Positions 27,556 through 41,153 are shown, numbered from the stretch's first letter. The stretch is DNA of 64,000 bases from Eledone cirrhosa (GCA_964016885.1 OZ024749.1:30690001-30754000), one strand, 5' to 3'. Made by a program: numbers and translations. The notes: generated by a model from the letters alone, not told the origin.

Positions 27556-27904
27556 ATCTATCTATCTATCACTCTTTCTATATATATACCATGTTTCATA
27601 TAGAAGTGACTAGAGGACTAGAACTGTTTTATTCAAATGAGATCATATATGTTAAATTTGATGTTTTCATCCTACTAATATAATGAGTAACTTATTTATT
27701 GTGGTTTATACACACACACATACACACACCACACACACATATATATATATATATTATATGTGTATATATTTATACACTCACACACCATATATATATATAT
27801 ATGTATATAGACGATTGTAAAACGCAAACAGAAATAACAACACAATCGGTACAGTATATCGAAGGGATATATTAGGTTAACAATTGATAAATCAGGAAGA
27901 GGGT

Positions 27905-27938
27905 ATTCAGGTTTCGGATGCTAGTCGTTCATCAGAAG
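27905..27938 (-). ncRNA. Degenerate hammerhead motif (same family as 36972)
   Basis: cuu-CUGAUGA-acgacuagcaucc-GAAA-ccug; stem II and cleavage site are mutated. Confidence 0.5.
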
Positions 27939-28160
27939 AAAGAATCAGAAATAAGATAGAATGAAGGGACTGGCGACTTGGAATTGGAAAAAATGTCTTT
28001 AGTTAAAAATAATAGATTCATTCATGTTAACACATCTGACAAAACTGTTGGTGCTGGCGTTTTGTGTATGGTTTCTTTTATAGAAAAGTGGACGATGGAG
28101 CGCGTCTACCTGAAATGGAAAAAAAATGTTTTGTAAAAAGCGCTATATATATATTTAGCG

Positions 28161-28200
<40 letters not shown>

Positions 28201-28531
28201 GTATATATAGTTAATCTCAGTGACGCCCCAATTGAAATTTAAACAGTTAATTGTGAAGGTGATCATGTGCCTTTTATTGTGTGCCAAATAATCCATTATT
28301 GAGTCAAGTTTAATACTAATTATAGAAAATTATCAACGCCTCCCGACACAAATATACAAATATGTATATATACATAAATAAATAATTAAATTAAAAAAAA
28401 TATATATATATATATATACACACACACAGGCATTACTACCACAGGGGTTCAACGTGCTATTGAATCTAGAGTTGGGTAAGATCGATACAGATCAATAAAC
28501 GTAATGAAGGAATAACCATTGGTCCTTCTAT

Positions 28532-28614
<83 letters not shown>

Positions 28615-28617
<3 letters not shown>

Positions 28618-29362
28618 GAAGTTATACTTAATTTGTTGGGATACAACAAGCAAATATTTTTATAACTGATATAAAGCACTCAACAAATTTTTGGAGTAAA
28701 AATACAATATATTAACAATTGGAAATTATATTTATAAAACCATATTTATTTCATTATACATATTTCAAGGACACCACAGCAAATTATGGTGCGCTTTCGT
28801 CAGATAAAATATAATATAGATCAGTTTTATAAACAAATATTAACATACCCTTAAAGAATGCGATCATGTCGGTTGGAAGCTCCCGGATAGTGGGGTTACT
28901 AATTTTATTATTGGTCTATTATGCAAATTAGTGTCGGAGATGTTAAATCCCGTACATTTAAATTAAGCCGTTGGAATAGGGAAAAAAGAAAAAGAAAAAA
29001 GAAAAAGAAAAAGAAGAAGAAAAAGAAAAAGAAAAAAGAGAAAGAAAAAAGAAAGTAAGAGCAAACCCAAAGAAGGAAAACAAAAGAAAAACAAAAGAAA
29101 GAGAAAGAGAGAAAACCCTAAGTGAGAGAGTGTTGTACTAACGTAATTTTATGAGATGATGAAGCGAAAATATAAATATATAGTGGATGAATTACGCGGA
29201 GTAAATAAAGCGTGGATAAATTAGTAAATAAATAAATAAATAAATAATAATAAGCGGAGAATTTTATCTAATGTTTAAATTTTATTAAATGTTTAATTTA
29301 TCAATTAAATTATTTAGATCTATAAATTAAAAATTGAGATCTATATATTATTAAAAGAATAT
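28615..29362 (-). mobile_element. PLE pLTR fragment (family F) with hammerhead motif at 28753-28808
   Basis: Minus strand CUGACGA-aagcgcacca..ugguguccuu-GAAA-uaug-UA. Homologs at 30917-31015, 35458-35570 and 63370-63800; abuts (AT)n. Confidence 0.75.
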
Positions 29363-29370
29363 ATATATAT

Positions 29371-29415
<45 letters not shown>

Positions 29416-29418
<3 letters not shown>

Positions 29419-29539
29419 AAGGCGGGTAAAATTCCCGAGATCCATGGACGAGTTCTCTCCAGCGGTCTCTGTCCCTCATTATCGCTGCCATGTCCTGCGT
29501 CTCCAACAGACCAGTGTCTGTCCTTAGGGCATCAACATA
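29416..29539 (-). mobile_element. 3' end of RTE-type LINE with (TA)n tail
   Basis: Minus strand encodes YVDALRTDTGL...[20 protein letters not shown], followed immediately by (AT)n. Confidence 0.85.
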
Positions 29540-30128
29540 ACCTTACATACATTTATTATTAATCATCAACCAACAATTAATTATTAATTTTTCAATTAAT
29601 CAACAATAAAAATTATAAGAAATAACAAAAAATATATGTTTAAAATATAGGAATGTTCAGAGATTTTACCGAAGAAAAATCTCTTCTTAGTAATAGTAAT
29701 ACAGCGTGAGGGAAATTAATTGATTTATTTGTAATTTAGATAGCTCTAAGGATTAAATGTTATAAAGGTTAAGTTGAAAAAAAAGTTAAGATTATAAGAG
29801 AACCTTTTATTATTTTATAGTAAGTTATAATTTTATAAATTTCAAACATTTTATAAATTCACCTGTTATACAGTTGTGACTGTTAAAATATAAGTTTGTT
29901 TACTATAACGTCTTAATGTTTAAAGTTTTTCATAAGAATATATCTAAAGCGTAAACCGTAAAATACGGTTTATGTTTTAGATATATTTTAAACATATATT
30001 TTTTGTTATTTCTTATAATTTTTATTGTTGATTAATTGAAAAATTAATAATTAATTGTTGGTTGATGATTAATAATAAATGTATATAAGGTTATGTTATA
30101 ATAACATAACCTTACATACATTTATTAT
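29539..30128. repeat. AT-rich fold-back, ~110-bp arms (29539-29649 / 29981-30097)
   Basis: taaccttacatacatttattattaatcatcaacc... and its reverse complement. Confidence 0.85.
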
Positions 30129-30485
30129 ATATATATATATATATATGATAATAATGATGGCTGCGCGTTGCAAATGGTGGTGCATATGAAAAAGTAAGTC
30201 CTTCATCAGTGACCCTCCAACCGTCCCAGGCATTTCATCGCTTTAAGGGCCATATGCCTCAGGTTGGTGCGAACAATGGCTAAAAAAAGTCGTTGGGACA
30301 CGTAAATAAAGGGGACGTTAGGGTAACAAACAAAATGGTTTAAGCAACGGAAAGTGAGAAGAAATAGACAAGTCCCAGATCTCTATGAATATAAACTCGG
30401 TGAAATCGTGAACAAGAGACAAAAGACCATCAAACCTGGTTGAAATGTGAGCAAGGAAGGAATTTCGCACAGGTCTAACGGGGGG

Positions 30486-30607
30486 AAGAAGAAGAAGAAG
30501 AAGAAGAAGAAGAAGAAGAAGAAGAAGAAGAAGAAGAAGAAGAAGAAGAAGAAGAAGAAGAAGAAGAAGAAGAAGAAGAAGAAGAAGAAGAAGAAGAAGA
30601 AGAAGAA
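30486..30607. repeat. Pure (GAA)n tract, ~40 units
   Basis: Read directly from the sequence. Confidence 0.97.
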
Positions 30608-30834
30608 GGGGTCTGGTCTACGAATTCGGTAAACATAAGTTTTGTGAAGTCGCAGACGAAAGAGAGAGAGAGAGAAAAATTCCATATATATATGTACATA
30701 TATATTCTTTTAATAATATATAGATCTCAATTTTTAATTTATAGATCTCAATAATTTAATTGATAAATTAAACATTTAATCAAAATTAAACATTAAATAA
30801 AATTTTCCGGTTATTACTATTTATTTATTTATTT

Positions 30835-30866
<32 letters not shown>

Positions 30867-31329
30867 TTATTTATTTATTTATTTATTATTTATTTATTAT
30901 TTATTTATTTATTATTATGAAAGCGCACCATAATTTGCTTTGGTGTCCTTGAAATATGTATACTGAAATAAATATGATTTTATGAATATAGTTTCCATTT
31001 GTTAATATATTGTATATATTTATTAAAATAACAGATTAAAGTTTAAGCAAAGAATCGCTGCTTTCACCCTTCGTGTTTTCGTTCATTGCCAAAGAACGTC
31101 TCTATGCACCACCTAAGAGAACATTAGTCTACGACCTCTTTTATACCTAAACGTGGTTCTGTCTTTGCGCGTAATTGTTTTTCACCGCTCCTTTTAATGA
31201 CGTATTATTCGTTTTTTCCCGTTCTTTGCCAGCGAACGTTTCCACGAACCAAAGTATCGTCTTCCTGTCTTCCTCCGGTTGCAACGTTTTTTAAAGTATC
31301 CAGTTCTGCGTTTACAGATTGACTTTGTT

Positions 31330-31380
31330 AGTTTCAGAAGATCCCGTTAAGGGTGAAAGCAGCGATTCTTTGCTTAAACT
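31330..31380 (+). ncRNA. Type I hammerhead motif with CAGAAGA (U4A) core, 5' pLTR
   Basis: aguuu-CAGAAGA-ucccguuaagggu-GAAA-gca..ugc-UU-aaacu; stems I (5 bp), II (ccc/ggg) and III all pair. Confidence 0.72.
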
Positions 31381-31534
31381 TTAATCTGTTATTTTAATAA
31401 ATATTTGCTCTACGGTTCTTATATATTTGATATATATTTATCCTTATCGAGCCCTCTTTGGATTTTAGTCTTCAATTTTATTATTATTACTATTTGGCTC
31501 CCTCGGTTGAGCACTCTACTGACTTATATTCATC

Positions 31535-33666
31535 ATGCAGAAACAACATCTGAATATTTCTACAAAGAACATACCCGTACCAAGCAGGAAAACATACCTA
31601 AAACTCCTGATACAGAAAACAGACGCGTTCATTAAAAGGTTGCGTTGGCGTGCCTTTTATTTCGATAATCCGCGAAAAGTAGACAACAAACAGGATAAAT
31701 TTGGATTTAAAACCTATAATAACCCCCCGTGGAACCCAGCATTGCTACCCTTCGAAAATGATGTCTTGGAACTCATTCAGAGTATCAAATTTCAGAATAG
31801 GAGCAATTCCTTCCAGCAAGACCTGAAGAATAGAATTCGTTCTATTAAGGATTCTAACGCCGTGCACGTCCATTCCGACAAAACTGGCAACCTATATCAA
31901 GTGGAGCGCAGTACTTACCATCAACTACTACATAATGCTGTAACTAAGGATTACAGCAAAACTAATCGGTGCGTCATCAATGAAATCAACGATGCTGGGT
32001 TTAAAATCACATCTGATCTCAACATCCTGGACCGGACCGAACCTCTGGACCCTATTTCTCCCCACTTTACCCTGAAAGATCACAAATCCAATTTTCCGAA
32101 CAACCCCTCTATTCGGCTTATTAACCCTACGAAGTCCGATTTAGGTAGACTTAGTAAAACGATTCTTGATAGAATTATACCTGAAATTAGAAGTTTCGCC
32201 CCTCTCGCACTGTGAACAATTCTTTCGCGGTGATTGATTGGTTCAACGGCATATGTAACAAGGAACATTGCCGTTTTATCCAATTCGACATCAACGATTA
32301 CTACTCCTCCATCACTTTACCACTTCTCCTTAGAGCTATCAATTTCGCTAAAACACTCACAGCGGTTAAGGATTTCGAAGTTGATGTCATGCTTAATCCC
32401 CGAAAGTCGGTGATTAATTTCGACGACTCTATTTGGATTAAAAAATCCAATAGTACCCCATTCGACGTGAGTATGGGCGCCAGTGACTCTGCGGAGGTTA
32501 CTGATCTTATTGGCCTTTTCCTTCTTTTCTCTATCAAGGACGAATTCCCCAACGCGGGCGGTGGTTTGTACCGTGACGATGGTCTTTTGACCATGACTAA
32601 GTGCGGACCTCGTGCTTGCGACAGGTTCAGAAAAGAACTCACAGCCTTCTTCAAAGGCTTCAACCTCTCTATACAGGTTGATACCAATCTCTCGGTCGTT
32701 AATTACCTCGACGTTACCCTCAATTTATTGAATGGGTTGTATTAGCCGTATAGAAAGCCAAATGATACGCTTAATTACATAAGTAAGGATTCCAACCATC
32801 CCGCCAGCATAACCAAGAACCTGGTAAGAAACGTTTCGTTGAGGCTTTCCCGTCTTTCCACCAACGAGCGCATGTTCAACGACCATTCCACTTATTACAA
32901 TGAATCTCTTGCTCGAAGTGGATTTGTCGATAATGTAGCATATACAGAGTACGAAAATAGACCTAGAAGAAATAGTACCCGTCGCATTTGTTGGTTTAAC
33001 CCACCATATAATATGGAGGTGGCCACACAATTAGCTAAGATCTTTCTTTCCATCATTACGAAGCATTTTCCCCCTACACATAAATATAGTAACATTTTTA
33101 ATAGAAATACTATTAAAATTTCTTACTCTATGACTCCTAACCTTGCGCATAACATCACAGCTTCAAATTTAGCTAAACTGCCTAGCTGTAGGAACACGTG
33201 CAACACTGTAGTTAGTACTAACTGTAATTGTAGGAATCGGGCTCATTTCCCCCTATCCGGGAAATGCCTCTCTAGTAACATTGTCTACAAATATAAGGTT
33301 GTAACACCCACGTCCCGTAGGGCCTACATAGGGTTAACCGCCAATAGTTTCAAGCAGCGTCTTTACATGCATACCCATTCTTTTCGTTGCCCTCTAAGAA
33401 GGAATATGACGTCAGTTTCAGCTTATATCTGGAGTCTAAAAGACAACCACACCCAATATAAGTTACACTGGGAGATCCTAGCTAGGGCTAGATCGTATAA
33501 CGGAAGAAATAAAAGACCATGTGACCTCTGCGCCGCTGAGGCCCTGGAAATACTCTACGCCACAGACCACATCTTAAACAAAACATCTGAGGCAATTTCG
33601 GCTTGTAAACATAAATTGCACAAAACTTTCCTGTATTACAGCCCCACGTTTTACCCTAACGGATAG
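31535..33666 (+). pseudogene. PLE RT-GIY-YIG polyprotein with one frameshift (~32213) and one TAG (~32743)
   Basis: KNIPVPS..Y...LIQK...IKRLRWRAF; DKT; FDINDYYSSI; MGASDSAEV; LYRDDGL; SNHP; WFNPPY; CNC motif; IVY..YIGLT..FKQR; CDLC..E. Confidence 0.93.
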
Positions 33667-34590
33667 TACGATCTATACGTGGATATTTTACGTCCTGATG
33701 TGGGAGCTAAGTATATGTTTTGTTTATTCCTTTACTTATTTGCATAGGTAAGTATATATTACCCGTATGTTTTGTGAAGGTTGTATACCTTCTCATACGT
33801 ACATTTGATTGTTATGGCGTATAATTTTTATATATTCTGGTATTTAGGGTTTGGCTATGTGTATACGGGAGTTTTGCGTCTGCGTGAGTGTGCGGGTTCG
33901 TGCGTATGGTGGGTGTGTGTATGTGTGTACTTCTTGTTTTGGTTGACTTACGTCTCCGAGCATTCGTGTATTTATATGTGGGTGTGTGTGTGCGCTTGTT
34001 ATATGCGTGTTTATTTGCTTATGTACGTTTATATAATTATTTATTTATTTGTACACAAGCATACACACACACACATATTTATGTGTGCGTGGTTGTATAC
34101 CTATGGTAAGGTTTTGCGTATGCTTGTGTATGTACGTATTTGTTTGCGTGTATGTATTTATTTATTTCTATTACTTCTGTATTGTATTTATGTACTTTGT
34201 TCTTAACTCTGTAGCGGAGATTCATTTGGTCTCCGAGTTAGAATTTTAGTCTACAACTTCTGCTATACCATTTACGTGGTTTTGTCTTTGCGTGCTATTG
34301 TTCTCTACGCTCCACATATGACTTATTATCTTCGTGTTTTCGTTCATTGCCAAAGAACGTCTCTATGCACCACCTAAGAGAACATTAGTCTACGACCTCT
34401 TTGATACCTAAACGTGGTTCTGTCTTTGCGCGTAATTGTTTTTCACCGCTCCTTTTAATGACGTATTATTCGTTTTTCCCCGTTCTTTGCCAGCGAACGT
34501 TACCACGAACCAAAGTATCGTCTTCCTGTCTTCCTCCGGTTGCAACGTTTTTTGAAATATCCAGTTCTGCGTTTACAGATTGACTTTGTT

Positions 34591-34641
34591 AGTTTCAGAA
34601 GATCCCGTTAAGGGTGAAAGCAGCGATTCTTTGCTTAAACT
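34591..34641 (+). ncRNA. Type I hammerhead motif with CAGAAGA core, 3' pLTR
   Basis: Identical to 31330-31380. Confidence 0.72.
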
Positions 34642-35380
34642 TTAATCTGTTATTTTAATAAATATTGGCTCTACGGTTCTTATATATTTGATATATATTT
34701 ATCCTTATCGAGCCCTCTTTGGATTTTAGTCTTCAATTTTATTATTATTACTATATATATTTATATATATATATAAATATATATAATTGCTGCTATATAT
34801 GTAAATATATATATATATATAATATGGACAATAATATATATTATCCAGTTATTGGTATGGAAATAGCTGAATGTAAAATATCAAGTATACTACAGAGCCG
34901 AACGACGATGTAAATGATAATCAAAGTGTGATTAACACACTTAATCACTTACGATCGTTTCATCCTAGCACAACCCCTCTCTGGTCCCTTCTATATTTAT
35001 TATAACCACCCCTTCACATTAGGCAACTTAACATTGTGTCCAAACAGGCCTCACTATTTATTTTTGCTAATATTCTATAAAAGAACCTTTGCCTGACGCT
35101 TCATTATACTTAGTAGTAACATTTCAGTTCTTTAAAAATCGACAAGCATAATTCTTTGGCCTTTAATATTGCTTAACGTTTTAAATATATATAATTAGTT
35201 TTGTTTAATAATACATAGCAAACAATTCTGTGTATACTAAAAGTATACACATATTTTTTTTAAATGGTGTTTGACCTTTGTTATATACTCCGATGTAACA
35301 TGACTTGTGCCCGGATGAAATGTTCATAAGTGTTTAAATGTTTTAAACACTCTTTAAGTGACATTTACATCGTATATATG

Positions 35381-35454
<74 letters not shown>

Positions 35455-35457
35455 TAT

Positions 35458-35570
35458 ATGGAAAGTTATATTTAAAATTGTTGGGTTACAACTAGTAAAT
35501 ATTTATAACTGATATAAAAGCACTCGACAAATATTTGGAGTATATTTACAATATTAAATAAATTATTTAA
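35458..35570 (-). mobile_element. Short 3' pLTR fragment, family F, inside (AT)n
   Basis: aaaattgttgggttacaac...gcactcgacaa matches 28630-28700 and 63380-63450. Confidence 0.75.
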
Positions 35571-35571
35571 T

Positions 35572-35638
<67 letters not shown>

Positions 35639-35721
35639 GATAGTTTCATCCATATATATATATATATATATAAATATATATGTATATTTATGCATACACA
35701 CACACACATACCCCCCCCCCC

Positions 35722-35770
<49 letters not shown>

Positions 35771-36462
35771 AGACGAACTCATATACTGACCATATCTGAC
35801 GACGTTTCGATTACAGAGTCAGGTTCGATCTATAATAGATCTTGCCTCGAAATGATCGATAGAGAACATATGTTATTAAATATTTAATGATGCAACACTG
35901 AATCCTTGTTCCTTATCCTTATAGTATATATATAAATCAATGTTCATAAAATTTGAATGGTGCCCTATATATGAAATAGATAATTTTCTCCGTGAAAAGC
36001 GTCACCCACAATAACATGAACATATAAAACGTAAATCATAATAAGGAAAATAAATAAAAGGTATTTAGAATCACGAAAATAATATAGGTCAAATGCATAT
36101 ATTACCAACAACAACACTGTAGGACCAACAATGGAAACAAATAAGAATTCTATTATCCCGACCATGTTATTTATTGTCAATATTTGCTCATTTTTAAACA
36201 CGTGCATTCATACACACATGTCATTTTTGTTTTATCGACGAACAGGTCGTATCAATGTCCAATTCATTAGTTTATATATTGCTTTAAGCCAGTAGGGATA
36301 TATTGAACTAAATATTTTAAACATTTTATGTTCATAACATATAATTACGTGCCGATTGCCTTGCCTCATTGTCTAATTACGCAAATCGGCCTTGGAAATA
36401 CGTATTTCAGAATTATGCAACATTAAATGTATATATGGGAATATGTCCTCCCTTCTGCCTTC

Positions 36463-36496
<34 letters not shown>

Positions 36497-36497
36497 A

Positions 36498-36672
36498 TCT
36501 AAGGCGGGTAAAATTCCCGAGATCCATGGACGAGTTCTCTCCAGCGGTCTTTGTCCCTCATTATCGCTGCCATATCCTGCATCTCCAACAGACCAGTGTC
36601 TGTTCTTAGGGCATCAACATATGTTAACCTTGGTCTTCCTCTTCTAGTGTGTCCATGTAGAGGCTCCCATTG
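36498..36672 (-). mobile_element. 3' end of RTE-type LINE inside (AT)n
   Basis: Minus strand: WEPLHGHTRRGRPRLTYVDALRTDTG...WRELV...PP*. Confidence 0.88.
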
Positions 36673-36729
36673 ATATATATATATATATAGATATATATAT
36701 ATATAACTGTTGTGGACCTACTTCTATAT

Positions 36730-36791
<62 letters not shown>

Positions 36792-36850
36792 GTGGAACAC
36801 TGGAAGCTAATATCCGTAGTGGTAGAACACTCAGTCCAAGGGACGAGTTA

Positions 36851-36894
<44 letters not shown>

Positions 36895-36971
36895 CCTATT
36901 ATTTTTATCTAAAGACACTTTTTCCAATTCCATCCCGCCCGTCCCCTTAACCTAATTTATTCCTCATTCTT

Positions 36972-37007
36972 TCTTCTGATGAAGGACTAGCGTCCGAAAC
37001 GTTAAGA
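36972..37007 (+). ncRNA. Canonical-core minimal hammerhead motif in a ~200-bp PLE-like fragment (36890-37095)
   Basis: ucuu-CUGAUGA-aggac-uagc-gucc-GAAA-cg-UU-aaga; stem III region is the self-complementary AACGUU. Confidence 0.75.
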
Positions 37008-37109
37008 CCCTCTTCCCGCTATATCAAGCGTTAACCTAATATATACCTTCCATATACTGTACCGATTGTGTTGTTATTTCTGTTTACATTTTACATATAT
37101 ATATATATA

Positions 37110-37330
37110 GTCGATCTTATTCGGTTAACGAGTGGGGTGGAGTTCCTCAAATTGGACTTAAGAATGACTGTTTCCATAGTTTCCTATTGCTTACACTATC
37201 TGTCGGTCGCAAATCCCGGTAGAAAGAGCGACGTGAAATAAAGTGTCTTGCTCAAGGATATAACACATCACCTGGAATCGAAATCACAACATCACTATTG
37301 CGAATCCATTTCTTTAACCACTCAGAGTTA
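37110..37330 (-). mobile_element. CORE-type SINE family B, copy 2
   Basis: Homologous to 2540-2757. Confidence 0.78.
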
Positions 37331-37546
37331 CATGAGCTGATCAGGGACTCCAGAATGATGTGACAATAGTTACTTCACAATTTGAGATTTGATGACAAAA
37401 CCTTCACCTGATTCCCGGCGTCCTTCTTCACCTTTACTAATTCAGAAGAACTTCTCTCTCCCACCCAATTGTTCCATGTGAGAAGATTCCTGCTAGAAGT
37501 GTTTAAACAAGTACAGAAATCTCAACGTTATATTTAAGCAGTGCTT

Positions 37547-37735
37547 TAGGCGGTGGATTGGCAGTATCGGTAGAGGGTCGGACGCCATGCTTTCCAGCAT
37601 AGTTACGTCCCTTTACGATCTGAGTTCAAATCCCGCCGAGGTTGACTTTGCCTTTCATCCTTACGGGGTCGATAAAATAAAGTACCAGTAATGCACTGGG
37701 TAATTGCTGGCCTTGTGCCAAAAGTAGAAACAGTT
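37547..37735 (+). mobile_element. SINE family A with apparent target-site duplication (tt(t)aagcagtgc)
   Basis: Full A and B boxes; ttaagcagtgc occurs immediately before and shortly after the element. Confidence 0.92.
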
Positions 37736-38655
37736 ATAATTAAGCAGTGCATGGTATATTACTTCTGTTTTTCCTGACAGACCAGACTCTTGAAATTGGT
37801 GGTACAACGCAATCTTTCCAGTTGCGTGGACACTGGAGAAGCATGAAGTAATACGTCTCATACACAGAAATATGAGGGCCGCCGTGAATAGAGCCCATGA
37901 CTATACGTCAACTACATTAACTATTAAACCAAGCGCCTTCCTCATAATTTAATTGACATGTAACTCTCAGGCATGGTATTATTTTCCCATCCTTATATTC
38001 TATTTCTACTCGTCTCACGTTGTTGTTTTTCAATAACAAAATACATTCAATGTATTCTTTAAATGATTCATCTTTCCTTTTAAACTCAAATTGGTATCCA
38101 TCATGTCTGCTACCATTATACTCTTTGAATTCACCTCAAAAGAATCACCATTGTGTTTGACAATTTTATCTTGTTCATAATGTCTTCAACATTTAATAAC
38201 GCTTTATTTTATTTTATTTTATTTTATTTTACGATTAACCATCTAATAATAAAGATATACAAAAAAGAATTTAGATATTTTTTCTTTTCTCAAAATTTTT
38301 GGTTTACATTTTTTCAATTACCATACTAAAAAGAGCAAAAAGAAAATGTGGTTTTATGACTTTGTTTCTAATATTGAATAACCTAGAAGAGCCAAACGAA
38401 GCCAAGACCAGTGAAATCGAACGGAACCAAGCTGGAAGCAAACTGAGTCACAGGGTTTCCTGGAAAAAAATATGCCGAACCAATCACATGTATTAGTTTA
38501 TGAAATATGTGGTTTGTTTTTATATTTTATATTTTACTTTAAATTGCTATGGATTTTTTTTTTCTTTTCTTTTTACTATAAGAATAGCAATAACAATAAA
38601 AACAAAGATGACAGCAATAACATTAATATTAACATCAACAATAGTTATAAAAATA

Positions 38656-39116
38656 TAATTGTTTCTACTTTTGGCACAAGGCCAGCAATTATATAAAAAT
38701 ATAATGACGATAATAACTGTTTCTACTTTTGGCACAAGGCCAGAAATTACCCAGTACATTACTGGTGCTTTATTTTATCGAACCCGTAAGGATGAAAGAT
38801 AAAGTTAACCTCGGCAGGATTTGAACTCAGACCGTAAAGGGCCGTAACTCTAAGATGTAAAGCATGAAGTCCGACTCTCTACCGATACTGCCAATCCATT
38901 GCCATAACAATAATGATAATAATAATAAAGTTTTTACTTTTGGCACAAGGCCAGCGATTACCCCGGTTTATTACTGGTACTTTATTTTATCGACCCCGTA
39001 AGGATGTAAGGCAAAGTTAACCTCGGCGGATTTGAACTTAGAACGCAAAGGGCCATAACTCTATGCTGAAAAGCATGGTGTCTGACGCTCTACCGGTACT
39101 GCCAAACCACCGCCCT
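38656..39116 (-). mobile_element. Cluster of SINE family A copies: 3' stub (38656-38690), 38716-38903, 38929-39116, in AAT-rich sequence
   Basis: Three consecutive tgtt(t/c)tacttttggcacaaggccag ends. Confidence 0.9.
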
Positions 39117-39911
39117 AATGATACTAATAATAAAAATAATATTAATAACGGGAATGTATAAAATCCTAATGGAATACTGAAGAAATATTGGTGGATATGA
39201 TAATTAAAAACAAATTTAAAATAAATATAATTAAAAAGTTTAAATAATCTGTTGAAAAATTTAAAATAAATATAATTAAAAGTTTAAATGTCTGTTGAAA
39301 TATATTGTATTCAATAATATTGTATTTCGTTCGATATATTTCACTGATTTCTTCATTTCATTCAAGTTTCATTTGATACAGTGTCTTGTAAATATTTCTT
39401 TACCAAAATAAATATCTTTGTATTTCGGACATGTCCAAAACATGCCGTGGTTTGTTGAAACAAAAGCAACTATTTTAAAGTTTTCTATTTACATCAAAAT
39501 CTTCCAACGTACTTTTATACAAAAGTCAGACATAATTTACTATCGTGATAATGAAATAATACATTTTTTTTTTTGTAAATAATTCTAAATCTTCATTAAT
39601 GTATTGAAGTATCGTTTATTTCATTAGAAATACGCTAACGATCTGGTTAATATTTTACACAACATTTCTTGCCTGTATTATGTTTACCAAATTACATGTC
39701 GATATGTTTCCATAATACATGTTTTTAAATTATTTACTTAGATACATGATTTAACACAGTTCTATAGATTGATAGATGGCATTATATTCTTCTGGCAATC
39801 TTCGCATCAATCTATACTTATCTCCCTTCTATTTTTTTCTCACGGTTAATATGTAAGTTTTTTCATTTATACACACACACATAAACCTAACCACACATAT
39901 ATATATATATG

Positions 39912-40307
<396 letters not shown>

Positions 40308-40689
40308 GTACATATGAATAGTTTGGAGACATTGTCACGGACAATGTATATTTAGTTATATAGTTTTAACATCCTCAGATTAAGATGTGTGCATCAGAAG
40401 TACAACTACGAAATATGTATATACATACATGTATATATACAATACATACATACATACATACATACACACATGCATACATACATACACACATACATACATA
40501 CATACATACATACATACATACATACATACATACATACATACATACATACATACATACATACATACACACATACACATACACACATAGATAGACACACACC
40601 TTGCTAGTGTATATTGTTTATAGAATGTTACACGTTTAGGTACACATTCATCACAAAAGTTTTATGTGAACTTTACTTTATATCTCTAT

Positions 40690-40753
40690 ATATATATAGA
40701 GAGAGAGAGAGCGAGAAAGAGATAATATATATATACATATACATATATATATA

Positions 40754-40807
<54 letters not shown>

Positions 40808-40858
40808 GACACACACACATATATATATAGACAGAGAGAGAGCGAGAGCGAGAGAGAG

Positions 40859-40892
<34 letters not shown>

Positions 40893-40927
40893 CTCTCTCT
40901 CGCTCTCTCTCTATATATACACACATA

Positions 40928-40967
<40 letters not shown>

Positions 40968-41097
40968 TATATATATATATATATAGAGAGCGAGAGAGAG
41001 ATAATATATATATACATATACATATATACGCATATATATATATATATATATATATTATCTCTCTCTCGCTCTCTCTCTATATATACACACATATATT

Positions 41098-41153
<56 letters not shown>

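Larger units (their letters stand above)
31016..34753 (+). mobile_element. Near-intact Penelope-like element (Naiad-type) with two direct pLTRs (31069-31492, 34330-34753) and a short inverted pLTR piece (31016-31071)
   Basis: ~424-bp direct repeats differing at about half a dozen positions, an RT + GIY-YIG ORF between them, and the 3' end in (AT)n. Confidence 0.95.

Noticed and set aside
32210-32218. TGA ending ORF 31535-32215 as a possible selenocysteine codon (Naiads often encode Sec)
   Set aside because: Homology continues in a different frame (NNSFAVIDWF). It is best explained as TGG (Trp) with a 1-nt deletion.
35790-35830. cgaaacgtc on the minus strand as a hammerhead 3' half
   Set aside because: Upstream core is incomplete (ctgactc); at most a decayed remnant.
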